The translations under genes were made by a program, and so were the position numbers. The notes beneath the pieces were generated by a model. The model made no database searches and was not told where the DNA came from. It was given only the letters and a program-made list of their open reading frames with translations. Below, piece by piece: positions 41,483 through 51,221 of a stretch of 64,000 nt of DNA (the stretch's first letter is position 1; each line of letters begins with the position of its first letter). Origin of the DNA: Myxococcota bacterium. GTDB lineage: Bacteria; Myxococcota_A; UBA9160; UBA4427. The DNA lies in the NCBI GenBank assembly GCA_965250285.1, contig OZ252299.1, positions 2,752,001-2,816,000 of the forward strand, written 5' to 3'.

Positions 41483-42127
41483 TCAGCCCGCGTCGGCGTG
41501 GGGCAGCCAGATCTCGATCCGCGACCCGGTCATCGCCGTCTGGGCCCGCAGCTCGCCCGCGACGGCTTCGGTCATGTGGCTCGCAATGGCACAGAGCAGC
41601 GTCCGACCCCGCAGCGGCTCGCTTCGCCAATCGGCGAGCCCGGGATCGGCCGGACCGTCGTCTTCGATCACGAACGCACCCTGACGCTCTCGCTGATCGA
41701 TGTGGACGCGAACGCGACCGCTGGGTCGGACCTGCTCGACGGCGAGGTGAACGAAGCTCGAGACCAACGCCTGGGCGGCATTGCGATCGACGCGAAGCCG
41801 CTGCTCCGCCCCGCTGCGCACGAGCTCGATCGACACGCCCGGCAGCATCAACGTCTCGAGCCCGTGCTCGACGACCGCGAGCGCGTCGCCGGGATCGAGG
41901 CCGTCGCCCGGCGGAGGGGGTGCGCCGTCCTCGACGGGGCGCACGAGGCTCAGCAGCGCCGATACGCGCGCCCCGAGCACGTCGATCTCCGAGCGCGCGG
42001 CCACGAGGTCGCGCGGGCTCATCTCCTGATCGAGCAGATGCGTCTGCAGGCGGATCGCGCCGACCAGGTTTCCCATCTCGTGACACAGTGCGAACAGCAG
42101 GGCGTGGTCTTCCCGGCCCTGGGTCAT
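41483..42127 (-). CDS. sensor-less histidine-kinase-like protein (DHp + degenerate ATPase domain)
   Basis: H-box [12 protein letters not shown] at N-terminus, IEDDGP G1-like box, no N-box Asn and no GxGL G2 box. Confidence 0.65.
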   Translation of the reverse strand: MTQGREDHALLFALCHEMGNLVGAIRLQTHLLDQEMSPRDLVAARSEIDVLGARVSALLSLVRPVEDGAPPPPGDGLDPGDALAVVEHGLETLMLPGVSIELVRSGAEQRLRVDRNAAQALVSSFVHLAVEQVRPSGRVRVHIDQRERQGAFVIEDDGPADPGLADWRSEPLRGRTLLCAIASHMTEAVAGELRAQTAMTGSRIEIWLPHADAG

Positions 42128-42176
42128 GTCGGGTCTCCCGATGCTCGCCGCAGCGCCGTTATACTACGCGCCGCCC

Positions 42177-42578
42177 ATGTCTGATGCATCCACTCACCGA
42201 CTCTCGAAGGCCAGCGAGAAGCTGCATCTCGCCGACTACGCCCGGCACATCTTTCTCTGCGTCGGCGGCGACTGCGCGCCCAGCGAGGCGCAGGAGGAGG
42301 CCTGGGCCTTCCTCAAGCGGCGCCTGAAGGAGCTCGAGCTCGTCGACGTCGACGGCGCGATCTTCAGATCGAAGGCGGCGTGCCTCCGCGTCTGCACCGA
42401 AGGACCGATCGCCGTGGTGTACCCCGAAGGCACATGGTACCGGGCGTGTACGACCGAGAACCTCGAGCGCATCATCCAGGAACACCTCATCGGCGGCCGT
42501 CCGGTCGAAGATCTCGCGTTTGCGCGCAACGGCATGTTCGACGCGCCGGGCGGACGACCCGAACCGGACGGATCGTGA
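42177..42578 (+). CDS. thioredoxin-like [2Fe-2S] ferredoxin
   Basis: [11 protein letters not shown]...[21 protein letters not shown]...[18 protein letters not shown] at 42160. Confidence 0.9.
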   Translation: MSDASTHRLSKASEKLHLADYARHIFLCVGGDCAPSEAQEEAWAFLKRRLKELELVDVDGAIFRSKAACLRVCTEGPIAVVYPEGTWYRACTTENLERIIQEHLIGGRPVEDLAFARNGMFDAPGGRPEPDGS

Positions 42579-43396
42579 GAGAGGCCGCCCTCTTCGGCTG
42601 CGACCACACCGAGCTCGGCGCCCTCGCCGCGGTGGCCGAGGGACCGGCGGCCATCACGATCTGCCGCGGCGGCGCCGCCAAGACCTACTCGTACGCCGAT
42701 CCCAACGAGGACGCGGCCCTCTTCGTCGTGACCGAGCATGCGGTGTTGCTGGCGGTCGCCGACGGGCACGATGGCCACCAGGGTGCCCGCGCGGCGATCG
42801 AGACCCTGCGCGACACGTGCGCGCGCGACTGGTGCGGCGCATCGGGACCGGCCAACGCGATCGAGTGGCAACGCGCGGCCGCGCGCGCGGTCGCGCACGC
42901 GAATCACGCCGTACTCGCCGAAGCAGGAGCGCGCGGCACGCCTCCGGCGCCGACCACCCTCGCCTTCGCGCTCTGGCGCCGCGCAGCGGCTCAGGTCCAC
43001 GGCGCATCGGTGGGCGATAGCCACGTCTTCTTCTCGGGCGCGACCGAGACGCTCGACCTCGAACGCAACGTCACGCGCGCCGAGAAGCGCGGTCGGTTTC
43101 TCGGCCGCGGTGCGATCGAGGACGCGGACGCCGCCGGGATGACGACGTGCGAGACGACGCCGGCTGCCGATGTGCTGGCCCTGGTGCTCGCGACCGACGG
43201 CCTCTCGGAGCGCGGCATCGGCGTCGAAGACCCGCCGACCGAGGTCCACCGAGCGCGTGAGCATGCCTGGGCCGCCGACGACGAGATCCGGCCGCTCGCC
43301 ATCGCCAAGGCGGTGAGCGCGGTGGCGCTCGGTGCGCACCGTCGGCAACGCGCGGGCGACAACATCGCCTGCGCCGTCGCGCTGATCGGCGACTAG
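42575..43396 (+). CDS. PP2C/PPM-type Ser/Thr phosphatase family protein
   Basis: [32 protein letters not shown] overlap with ferredoxin stop. Confidence 0.82.
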   Translation: MREAALFGCDHTELGALAAVAEGPAAITICRGGAAKTYSYADPNEDAALFVVTEHAVLLAVADGHDGHQGARAAIETLRDTCARDWCGASGPANAIEWQRAAARAVAHANHAVLAEAGARGTPPAPTTLAFALWRRAAAQVHGASVGDSHVFFSGATETLDLERNVTRAEKRGRFLGRGAIEDADAAGMTTCETTPAADVLALVLATDGLSERGIGVEDPPTEVHRAREHAWAADDEIRPLAIAKAVSAVALGAHRRQRAGDNIACAVALIGD

Positions 43397-43476
43397 CGGG
43401 CGCCGCGCGTCTGCACTTCGCTTGCGCCCGCGCCGGCACTCGACCTGCGCGTGTGGCTCGGCGCGCAGCGACCCCG

Positions 43477-44616
43477 CTACGTGACGAGACCTGCGACCCG
43501 CTCCCCGATCGCGAGCGCAGCCGTCAGGCCGGGCGACTCGATTCCGATGCACTGAACGAGGCCCGGTCGGCCGCGCTCGCTCTCTTCTCGCACGACGAAG
43601 TCCATGAAGCGCCCGGCCTCGCGCGCCCGCTTCGGGCGCAGCCCGGCAAACGCGGGCGTGAGGGCGCCATCGGGCAGCGCCGGCCAATACCGACGCACGG
43701 CGGCCTCGAACGCCGGGCCCTTGGCCGGGTCGACGTCGAATCGCGGCGACTCGACCCACTCGGAGTCGGGGCCGAAGCGCACGCCGCCCGCGAGATCGAC
43801 GGTCGCATGCACGCCCAGCCCGGCGCCGGCCGGCACGGGATACACGAGGGCGTCGATCGGCCAGCGCACCGAGGGCGCGAGCGAGAAGTAGTCGCCCTTG
43901 AAGAGATGGTGGCGATGCTCGAGCCCGTCGATGTCGAGACCCGCGCGCTGCGAGATCTCGTCGCTCTCGATGCCCGCTGCGTTCACCACGATTTCCGCGT
44001 CGATGGTCTCGGGGGAGCTGCCGGGGTCGGCGCCGGCCGCCGGCGCGGTGTGCACGCGGTGGAGCGCCCCGGTCCATTCGATCGCCTCGACCCCGCGCGC
44101 GAATGCGATGCCGCCGCCGAGCGACTCGAGCTCGCTCTGGAGATTGCGGGTCAACGCGTGTGCGTCGACGATGCCGGTCTCGGACGAATGCAGCGTCGAC
44201 ACGGCCAGAAGCTCGGGCGCCTCGGTGCGCAGCGCGGCACCCGACCGTGGCTCGAGCCCTTCGACGCCGTTTGCCTCGCCGCGGGCGAGGATCGACTCGA
44301 GCACGGCCTCTTCTTCGGGCTGAGTGGCGACGATCCACTTGCCGAGCTTGCGGTGCGGGATCGATTGCGCGACGCATCGCTCGTAGAGCAGGCGCCGGCC
44401 ACGCACGCAGAGCTCGGCCTTCAGGCTGCCCGGCTCATAGTAGAGACCGGCGTGGATCACCTCGCTGTTTCGACTGGTGAGCCCCCGGCCGACGTCGACG
44501 TCGCGCTCGATCACGATCACGTCGCGACCCGCGCGCGCGAGCGCGGCGGCGCATGCGAGCCCGACGACGCCCGCACCGATCACGACGGCCGAAGTCTCCG
44601 AACCGGCTGCCGGCAT
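43477..44616 (-). CDS. FAD-dependent oxidoreductase, L-2-hydroxyglutarate oxidase (LhgO)-like
   Basis: IGAGVVGLA, TSRNSEVIHAGLYY, GIESPGLTAALAI. Confidence 0.88.
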   Translation of the reverse strand: MPAAGSETSAVVIGAGVVGLACAAALARAGRDVIVIERDVDVGRGLTSRNSEVIHAGLYYEPGSLKAELCVRGRRLLYERCVAQSIPHRKLGKWIVATQPEEEAVLESILARGEANGVEGLEPRSGAALRTEAPELLAVSTLHSSETGIVDAHALTRNLQSELESLGGGIAFARGVEAIEWTGALHRVHTAPAAGADPGSSPETIDAEIVVNAAGIESDEISQRAGLDIDGLEHRHHLFKGDYFSLAPSVRWPIDALVYPVPAGAGLGVHATVDLAGGVRFGPDSEWVESPRFDVDPAKGPAFEAAVRRYWPALPDGALTPAFAGLRPKRAREAGRFMDFVVREESERGRPGLVQCIGIESPGLTAALAIGERVAGLVT

Positions 44617-44654
44617 GGGCGCCTCCCGTCGCGCGAGGGTGTCGACCGGGCCGG

Positions 44655-45617
44655 TTAGAGCTTCTCGCCGAAGGCCTGCTCGAGTCGCGCAGAGATCTCA
44701 TCGGCAGAGAGCTCGATCGACTGAGGCCCCGCGTGCGCCACCTTGAGCGAACCCATCAGGCTCCCGAGGCGCGCGCCGCGCTCGATCGACCAGCCGTGCG
44801 CCAGGCCGTGGAGCACGCCCGAGCGGTAGGCGTCGCCGCAACCGGTCGGATCGACCACCGCGTCGGGCTTCACGGTCGGCACCTCGGTGTGATCCGCCTC
44901 GAGCTCGAGACCGAGATCGCGCCCGCCCCTTCGGACGACCGAGCCCTCGGCGCCCTTCGTGATGATCAGCGCGCCGACGCGCTCGGCGACGGCCTCTTCA
45001 TCGAGCCCCGTCTTGTCGGCGGTCATCGACCACTCGTAGTCGTTGACGACGTAGACGGCGGCGCCGTCGAGCAGCTCGAGCAGCTCGTCGCCGTCGAACA
45101 TCGGCAGGCCCTGCCCGGGGTCGACGACCGTCAGCGCGCCGCGTGCCTTCAGGTCGCGTGCGTAGTCCTGCATCGCCTGCTTGCCATTCGGCGCGACGAT
45201 GCCGACCGAGAAGGTGTCCTCCACGCCGGCGATCGTCGCTTCGTGTGCGCGCTCCATGGCGCCCGGGTGGAACGACGTCAGCTGGTTGTTGTCGAGGTCG
45301 GTGGTGATGAAACACTGCGCGGTATACGCGTCGTCGAGGGTCAGCAGGTGGTCGCGGCGCAAGCCGTGGCGATCCATCCACCCGGCATAGGGGCCGAGGT
45401 CGCTGCCGACGCTCGCGAGCAGGGTCGGATCGTCGCCGAGCTTTCGCAGGTTGAAGGCGATGTTCGCGCCGGTGCCGCCGTACTGCTTCTGCATGCTGGG
45501 CACGAAGAACGCGACGTTCAGGATGTGCACCTGGTCGGGCAGGATGTGGTTCTTGAAACGATCCTCGAAGACCATGATGTGGTCGATGGCGACGGATCCG
45601 GTGACGAGAATCGACAT
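44655..45617 (-). CDS. PfkB family carbohydrate/nucleoside kinase (adenosine kinase-like)
   Basis: GSVAIDHIM, GGTGANIA, DPGQ, NDYE, VDPTGCGDAYRSG. Confidence 0.88.
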   Translation of the reverse strand: MSILVTGSVAIDHIMVFEDRFKNHILPDQVHILNVAFFVPSMQKQYGGTGANIAFNLRKLGDDPTLLASVGSDLGPYAGWMDRHGLRRDHLLTLDDAYTAQCFITTDLDNNQLTSFHPGAMERAHEATIAGVEDTFSVGIVAPNGKQAMQDYARDLKARGALTVVDPGQGLPMFDGDELLELLDGAAVYVVNDYEWSMTADKTGLDEEAVAERVGALIITKGAEGSVVRRGGRDLGLELEADHTEVPTVKPDAVVDPTGCGDAYRSGVLHGLAHGWSIERGARLGSLMGSLKVAHAGPQSIELSADEISARLEQAFGEKL

Positions 45618-45832
45618 GCGTGGGCCTCTTCGCTGGTGCGCCGCGATGCTGCGCTCGGTGGATTCGGGGTGACTGCGCGGCGCGGGTGCGTGTGGTCACG
45701 GCACGCGTGGCCGCGCGCTCGCTGCGCCGGCCGCGCAGTCTCGCACGGGCACCCGCGCCGTCAATGGCCGAGACGGCGCGAAAGCGGGCACTCGGCACAG
45801 GATGCGCGCGTCTTGCTGCTAGACTGCGCGCC

Positions 45833-46696
45833 ATGTCCATCGGCGATCTCTACGGCCAGGGCGACCCGGTCATCAGCTTCGAGTTCTTCCCACCGAAGAC
45901 CGACGCCGGCTTTCGCAGCCTCTTTCGCTCCATCGAAGAGCTCAAGCAGCTCGGCCCGGGCTTCGTGTCGGTCACGATGGGCGCGGGCGGCTCGACGCGC
46001 GCGAAGACCGTCGACCTGGTGATCGAGATCCAGCGTGAGATCGGCCTGCGTGGCATGGCGCACCTGCCGTGCCTCGGCTTTCGGCCGCGCGATGTCACGG
46101 GGGTGCTCGAGTCGCTCGAGACCGGCGGCGTGCACAACGTGCTCGCGCTGCGCGGTGACCCGCCGAAGGATCTCGAGGGCTTCGAACACCCGAGCGACGG
46201 CTTCGATCACGCCAACGAGCTGGTCGCCTTCGCGAAGGCCCACGGAGGCTTCAGCATCGGCGCGGCGTGCTACCCCGAGACCCACCCCGAGGCCGAGAGC
46301 GCCGAGGCCGACCTCGCACACCTCGTGCGCAAGGTCGAAGCCGGCGCCGACTTCCTCATCACCCAGCTCTTCTTCGACAACACGCGCTACTTCGACTTCG
46401 TCGAACGCGCCCGGGCGGCGGGCATCGCGGTACCGATCGTGCCGGGCATCATGCCGATCCTCTCCGCCGCGGGGATCCGCCGCATGCTGGCGCTCGGGGG
46501 GGGCACCCTGCCCGGCGAGCTCGAGGCGGCGCTCGCCGACGTCGAGGGCGACGATGCCGCCACGGCCGAGCTCGGCGTGCGCTGGGCGACCGACCAGTGC
46601 CGCGAGCTGCTGTCGCGCGGCGTGCCGGGCATTCATCTCTACACGCTCAACAAGTCCGACGCGACCCGGCGCATCTTCAAGACCCTGACTCGATGA
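45833..46696 (+). CDS. metF: 5,10-methylenetetrahydrofolate reductase
   Basis: SFEFFPPK, FVSVT.GAGGS, LALRGDPP, YPETHP, ITQLFFD, HLYTLN. Confidence 0.95.
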   Translation: MSIGDLYGQGDPVISFEFFPPKTDAGFRSLFRSIEELKQLGPGFVSVTMGAGGSTRAKTVDLVIEIQREIGLRGMAHLPCLGFRPRDVTGVLESLETGGVHNVLALRGDPPKDLEGFEHPSDGFDHANELVAFAKAHGGFSIGAACYPETHPEAESAEADLAHLVRKVEAGADFLITQLFFDNTRYFDFVERARAAGIAVPIVPGIMPILSAAGIRRMLALGGGTLPGELEAALADVEGDDAATAELGVRWATDQCRELLSRGVPGIHLYTLNKSDATRRIFKTLTR

Positions 46697-46733
46697 GCGC
46701 GGTGCTCTCGCTCTGGATCGCGGTGTGGCTGCC

Positions 46734-47381
46734 ATGAGCGCGCCTCGCGCCCTCAAGGTCGCGGTGCTGCTCTCGGGCAGCGGCACGAGCCTCGAGAATC
46801 TGTTCGAGCACATCGATCGCGAGGCGCTGCCGGCCGAGATCGCGGTGGTGCTGTCGTCGAAGACCGATGCGTTCGGTCTCGAGCGCGCGCGTCGACGCGG
46901 CGTGCCGGCCGTGGCGGTGCCGCGCAAGCAGCACCCCGACGTCGACGACTTCAACGATGCGCTCCACGCCGAGCTCGCCCCCTACGACGTCGACCTCGTG
47001 GCTCTGCTCGGGTTCCTCTCTCCCTTTCAGCTGCGCGGCCGCTACGAAGGGCGTGTGCTGAACGTGCATCCGGCGTTGATCCCGTCGTTCGCCGGCCAGG
47101 GCTTCTACGGCGCACGCGTGCACCGCGCGGTGCTCGAGGCGGGGGTCAAGCTGTCGGGCGCGACCGTGCACTTCGTCGACGAGCACTACGACGAGGGGCC
47201 GATCATCTGCCAGGAGGCCGTCCCCGTGCTCGAAGACGACACGGCCGACACGCTCGCCGAGCGGGTCGTGGCCGCCGAGCGCCGGCTGGTGCCCCAGGCG
47301 ATCCGCTGGATCGCCGAGGGTCGGGTGACGATCGACGGCCGCCGGACCCGCATCGCGCCCGGGCGCGACGAGGGCGCCTAG
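46734..47381 (+). CDS. purN: phosphoribosylglycinamide formyltransferase
   Basis: LLSGSGTSL, NVHPALIPSF, GATVHFVDEHYDEGPII. Confidence 0.95.
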   Translation: MSAPRALKVAVLLSGSGTSLENLFEHIDREALPAEIAVVLSSKTDAFGLERARRRGVPAVAVPRKQHPDVDDFNDALHAELAPYDVDLVALLGFLSPFQLRGRYEGRVLNVHPALIPSFAGQGFYGARVHRAVLEAGVKLSGATVHFVDEHYDEGPIICQEAVPVLEDDTADTLAERVVAAERRLVPQAIRWIAEGRVTIDGRRTRIAPGRDEGA

Positions 47382-47399
47382 ACCGTCTACAGAAAGCGC

Positions 47400-47428
47400 T
47401 TGACGAGGGGCGAAGAAAAGACGAAAGT
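47400..47428 (+). promoter_or_regulatory. imuA promoter with embedded conserved 18-bp element
   Basis: TTGACG-17nt-GAAAGT-6nt-ATG; GGCGAAGAAAAGACGAAA at 47409-47426, matching the dnaE2 promoter. Confidence 0.7.
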
Positions 47429-47434
47429 CGATTC

Positions 47435-48484
47435 ATGCCCCCCGAGCCGCTCGAATCTTCGAGGGCGCGAGGGGCCGGTCCCCCCGTCTCGCGGGGCCCG
47501 TACGCTCGCGTACGCGCACCGCGCTCCATGCGCCCGAATTCGGGCGAAGTCGCCTCGATCTGGGCGAGCCAGGCCACCCCGTCGGCTCCCGAGCCCGAGA
47601 CGTCCCGGTCGGCACCGCATCGGCCCGAGCCCGCGCGCTCGACCGAGTCGTTGCCCGAAGAGCCGGTCGAGCACTCGGTCCAGGGAAGACCGGCCCGACT
47701 CGAGGCCCTGCTCACCGACCTCGGTCCCCGAGTTCGCAGAGGGGTCGAGCCTCGCCGATCGCCCGATCGGCTTCATCCGACCGGCCTCGTCGCTCTCGAC
47801 GAGTTGCTGCGCGGCGGCTTTCCGTCGGGTGCCATCACCGAGCTGTCGGGACCGGCATCGTCGGGTCGCACCGCCATCGCGCTGGCGTTGCTGGCCGAGA
47901 CCACCGAGGCCCACTGCGAGCTCGCCGCGCTCGTCGATGCGGCCGACGCCTTCGATCCCCCCTCGGCCGAGGCCGCAGGGGTCGATCTCGACCGGCTGCT
48001 CTGGGCCCGGCCCCGAGGCCCGCTCGAGGCCCTTCGCTGCGTCGAGCGCCTGATGGAGACGGGCGGGATCCCGCTCGTGCTGCTCGATCTCTCGCCCGGC
48101 TCTCCCGCCCTGGCGCACGCCTCGACGGCCAAGCCTGCGCCCTCGCTTCGCGCCGGCAGCCCGCCGCGCTCGGGGCAGCGGCGACGCAGCAAGGGACCAC
48201 GCCACCCGGCGCACACCCGCCCTGCCCTGCATCACTGGATCCGCCTGGCGCGACTCGCCGACGCCACGGGCACGGCGCTCGTCGTGCTCTCGCGCGAGCG
48301 CTGGACGGGCACCCAGGCCGCCGTCGCGCTCGAGGTGCGCGGTCTGCGAACCGAGACCGAGACGCCCTTCGATCCGATCGCCGGATGCATCGAGACCCGC
48401 GTCGCGCTGGTCCGCGCCCGCGGTCACGCACCCGACACCCCCATCTCACTCCGACTCGAGAGCGACCCCGCAGCCGACCCCTGA
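47435..48484 (+). CDS. imuA: ImuA-like RecA-fold mutasome accessory protein
   Basis: TGLVALDELLRGGFPSGAITELSGPASSGRT (degenerate Walker A), VDAADAFDP, GVDLDRLLW; directly upstream of imuB; start provisional. Confidence 0.8.
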   Translation: MPPEPLESSRARGAGPPVSRGPYARVRAPRSMRPNSGEVASIWASQATPSAPEPETSRSAPHRPEPARSTESLPEEPVEHSVQGRPARLEALLTDLGPRVRRGVEPRRSPDRLHPTGLVALDELLRGGFPSGAITELSGPASSGRTAIALALLAETTEAHCELAALVDAADAFDPPSAEAAGVDLDRLLWARPRGPLEALRCVERLMETGGIPLVLLDLSPGSPALAHASTAKPAPSLRAGSPPRSGQRRRSKGPRHPAHTRPALHHWIRLARLADATGTALVVLSRERWTGTQAAVALEVRGLRTETETPFDPIAGCIETRVALVRARGHAPDTPISLRLESDPAADP

Positions 48485-48543
48485 AGTCGACTCCGCTCCT
48501 TCCCCACCCCATCCCCCGCCCACCGGGCAGCCCCGAGCCCGCC

Positions 48544-50109
48544 ATGCCCCGTCTCCCCCCTCGCATCGCCTGCCTGCTCGTCCCCGATCTGCCGTTGCGG
48601 GCAGAGCTGCGCGCACACCCCGAGCTCGTCGGCGCCCCGCTCGTCATCGCCTCGAGCCGAGGTGCTCGGGCCGAAGTCATCGCTGCGTCGAGCGAGGCGC
48701 GCGCCCTCGGCGTCCGGCTGTGGAGCGGGCTGGCCCAGGCCCGATCGGTGGCGCCCGACGTCGTGGTGCGTGTCGCCTCACCCGCCCTCGAAACCGCGGC
48801 GCGCGAGGCCCTGCTCGATGCGGCGCTCTCATGCTCGCCCCGGGCCGAGCTCGCCCCCGTCGGCGCGGGCTTCTTCGTCGCCGAGGGCGCGGTGTTCGTC
48901 GACGCGCGCGGCACCGGTCGGCTCTTCGAGAGCGAGACGGGCTTCGCATCGGCGCTCGCCGCGCGGGCCGATGCGCTCGGACTGCCCGGCGTCGTCGGCA
49001 TCACGGGCCATCGCACCCTCTCGCTGCTCGTCGCGCGTCGACTCGCGAGAGATGCGAGCCCGCGCACGAAGAACGCCCACGAAGACGGGGCGATTCAGGT
49101 GCTGCACAGCGGACGCGAGTCGGCGTGGCTCGCGCCGCTGCCCGTCGATCTGCTCGACCCCGACGACCGGGTGGCCCAGGCGCTCACGCGCTTCGGTGTG
49201 CGGACCGTGCGCGATCTGTTGCGACTGCCCCGAAGCGGGCTCAATCGGCGACTCGGCCGGGAGGTCGAGACGCTCGTGCGCCGGGCGCGCGGTGAAGAGG
49301 CCGATCTGCCCCTGCCCGAGCCTACCCGCCGACTCGCCCAGGAGGCGATCGACCTCGAAGGCGCAGTGCACCGGCTCGAGCCCCTCGGCTTCGTGTTGCG
49401 CGGCCTCATCTCTCGGCTCTGCGAACGCCTGGCGGTGCGCGGCCTCGCCTGCGACCGGCTCGAGATCGAGCTCGGCCTCGAAGGCGGTGCGCGCGACGTT
49501 CGACACGTGACGAGCGCCGCGCCGACCCTCGACGTGCGCGTCTGGCTGCGGCTCACGATGCTCGCGTTCGAAGAGCATCCGCCCGAGGCGCCCGTCGAGC
49601 GGGTGCAGGTCGGCAGCGAGGGCCAGCCCCTGCCCCGGGATCAGCTCGATCTCTTTCGACCGGTCGGCCCCGATCCGACGACGCTCGATCGCACGCTCTC
49701 CGAGCTCGAAGCGATCTGCGGCGAAGGCCGGGTCGGCGCGCCGGTCGTGGCCGACACCCACCACCCGGCGGCGTTCGGCGTACGTCCCTTCGGCCCGCGT
49801 CCAGCGGGCGATGCGCGCAGCGGGCCGGGCGAGCAGCGCAAGGCGCGCCTCGCCGTGCGCGCGCTGCGTCCGCCGGTGGGCGCCGACGTCCGCATCGAGC
49901 GCGGCGAGCCCACCCATGTCCGCAGCGCCCTCGCCCAGGGGCACATCCTGAGCTGTGCCGGCCCCTGGCGTACGACGGGCAACTGGTGGAACGAGTCGAC
50001 CCGCTTTGCCGTAGATCACTACGACGTGTGCATCGAAGACGGCACCGTCGCCCGGCTCTGCTTCGACTGGGTGCGTCGGCGCTGGATGATCGATGGCGTG
50101 TACGACTGA
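48544..50109 (+). CDS. imuB: ImuB, inactive Y-family polymerase-like scaffold
   Basis: Y-family-like layout without catalytic acidic motifs, QLDLF clamp motif, C-terminal GPWR..GNWW...W.IDGVYD. Confidence 0.85.
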   Translation: MPRLPPRIACLLVPDLPLRAELRAHPELVGAPLVIASSRGARAEVIAASSEARALGVRLWSGLAQARSVAPDVVVRVASPALETAAREALLDAALSCSPRAELAPVGAGFFVAEGAVFVDARGTGRLFESETGFASALAARADALGLPGVVGITGHRTLSLLVARRLARDASPRTKNAHEDGAIQVLHSGRESAWLAPLPVDLLDPDDRVAQALTRFGVRTVRDLLRLPRSGLNRRLGREVETLVRRARGEEADLPLPEPTRRLAQEAIDLEGAVHRLEPLGFVLRGLISRLCERLAVRGLACDRLEIELGLEGGARDVRHVTSAAPTLDVRVWLRLTMLAFEEHPPEAPVERVQVGSEGQPLPRDQLDLFRPVGPDPTTLDRTLSELEAICGEGRVGAPVVADTHHPAAFGVRPFGPRPAGDARSGPGEQRKARLAVRALRPPVGADVRIERGEPTHVRSALAQGHILSCAGPWRTTGNWWNESTRFAVDHYDVCIEDGTVARLCFDWVRRRWMIDGVYD

Positions 50110-50614
50110 GGCCGACCCGGGGCCTTCGAAGAGAAGCGTGCTCGCCCTATCTGATTGCGACGCGCCAGATCGCAACCTGCCTGGTTTCACTACGCAAACC
50201 GAAGCGCACCCGCTCGGCTCACCGCTTCTGAGCCACGAAGACATCCCGCACGGCTTCGGGGTCGAGACAGTGAGACTGCACCGATCTGCCCGGGCGGGCC
50301 GCACGCCGCGCGTGCGTGGCCGTGCACGCCGGTCGCGGGCTGCACCCCCCAAGCCGCATCGGCACCGCGTGTCGTCCCCCTCGAAATTCATCGGTACGCA
50401 GCGGGATGGAGGGCGAACCGTCGCGAGCGGGGTAGACTCGACGCCGCGCGACGAGGGGGGATCCAGTCGCGGAACCGTGAACGACACGCTTGCCCCGCAC
50501 CGGTCCCGACCCGGATCACGCGCGGACGCCGCGAGCCCAACGCACCGCGATCCCGAGACACTCGACCCACACGCGCAGCCGTACGCGAAGAAACGACTGG
50601 AGGACGCCTCCCCG

Positions 50615-51211
50615 ATGAGCTCGCCGAATTTCCTGCCGCGGCCCGACCACCGCCTCGCCTTCTTCAAGGGCTTTCTCGACAGGCCCAAGGAGGTCGGATC
50701 GATCATCCCGAGCTCGCGCTTCATGGAGCGCCGCATCGTGAAGACGCTCGATCTCTCGGAGGCGAAGCTGGTCGTCGAGCTGGGCCCGGGCACCGGCGGC
50801 ACGACCAAGGCGGTGCTGCGCGCGCTGGCCCCCGACGCGAAGCTGCTCGCCATCGAGATCAACCGCCACTTCGTCGACCTGCTCTCGCGCCACGACGACC
50901 CGCGCCTGCTCGTGCACGAGGGCAGCGCCGCCGAAATTCCGGCGATCCTCGGCGAGCACGGGCTCGAGAAGCCCGACGTGATCTTCTCGGGCATTCCGTT
51001 CTCGACGATGCCGCGCAGCCTCGGGAAGGCGATCCTGTCGTCGGCCCGCGACGCGCTCGCCCCGGGCGGCCGCTTCGTCGCCTATCAGTTCCGCGACCGG
51101 GTGCATACGCTCGGCGTCGAGGTGTTCGGCCGCGCCAACCGACAGATCGAGCTGCTCAACGTGCCACCGATGCGCGTGTGGCGCTGGGACGTCGGCACCC
51201 CCGAGCGCTGA
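50615..51211 (+). CDS. class I SAM-dependent methyltransferase, PmtA-like phospholipid N-methyltransferase
   Basis: VGSIIPSSRF, VVELGPGTG, IFSGIPF, FVAYQF, NVPP; GTG 50477 is a possible earlier start. Confidence 0.8.
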   Translation: MSSPNFLPRPDHRLAFFKGFLDRPKEVGSIIPSSRFMERRIVKTLDLSEAKLVVELGPGTGGTTKAVLRALAPDAKLLAIEINRHFVDLLSRHDDPRLLVHEGSAAEIPAILGEHGLEKPDVIFSGIPFSTMPRSLGKAILSSARDALAPGGRFVAYQFRDRVHTLGVEVFGRANRQIELLNVPPMRVWRWDVGTPER

Positions 51212-51221
51212 CGCGCTCGCC

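Noticed and set aside
45618..45832. Known SAM/SAH riboswitch upstream of metF
   Set aside because: No recognisable aptamer consensus, and metF appears leaderless; only the unclassified alternative stems are reported
47435..48484. Calling this gene recA
   Set aside because: Walker A lysine replaced, RecA signature regions missing, and it sits directly upstream of imuB
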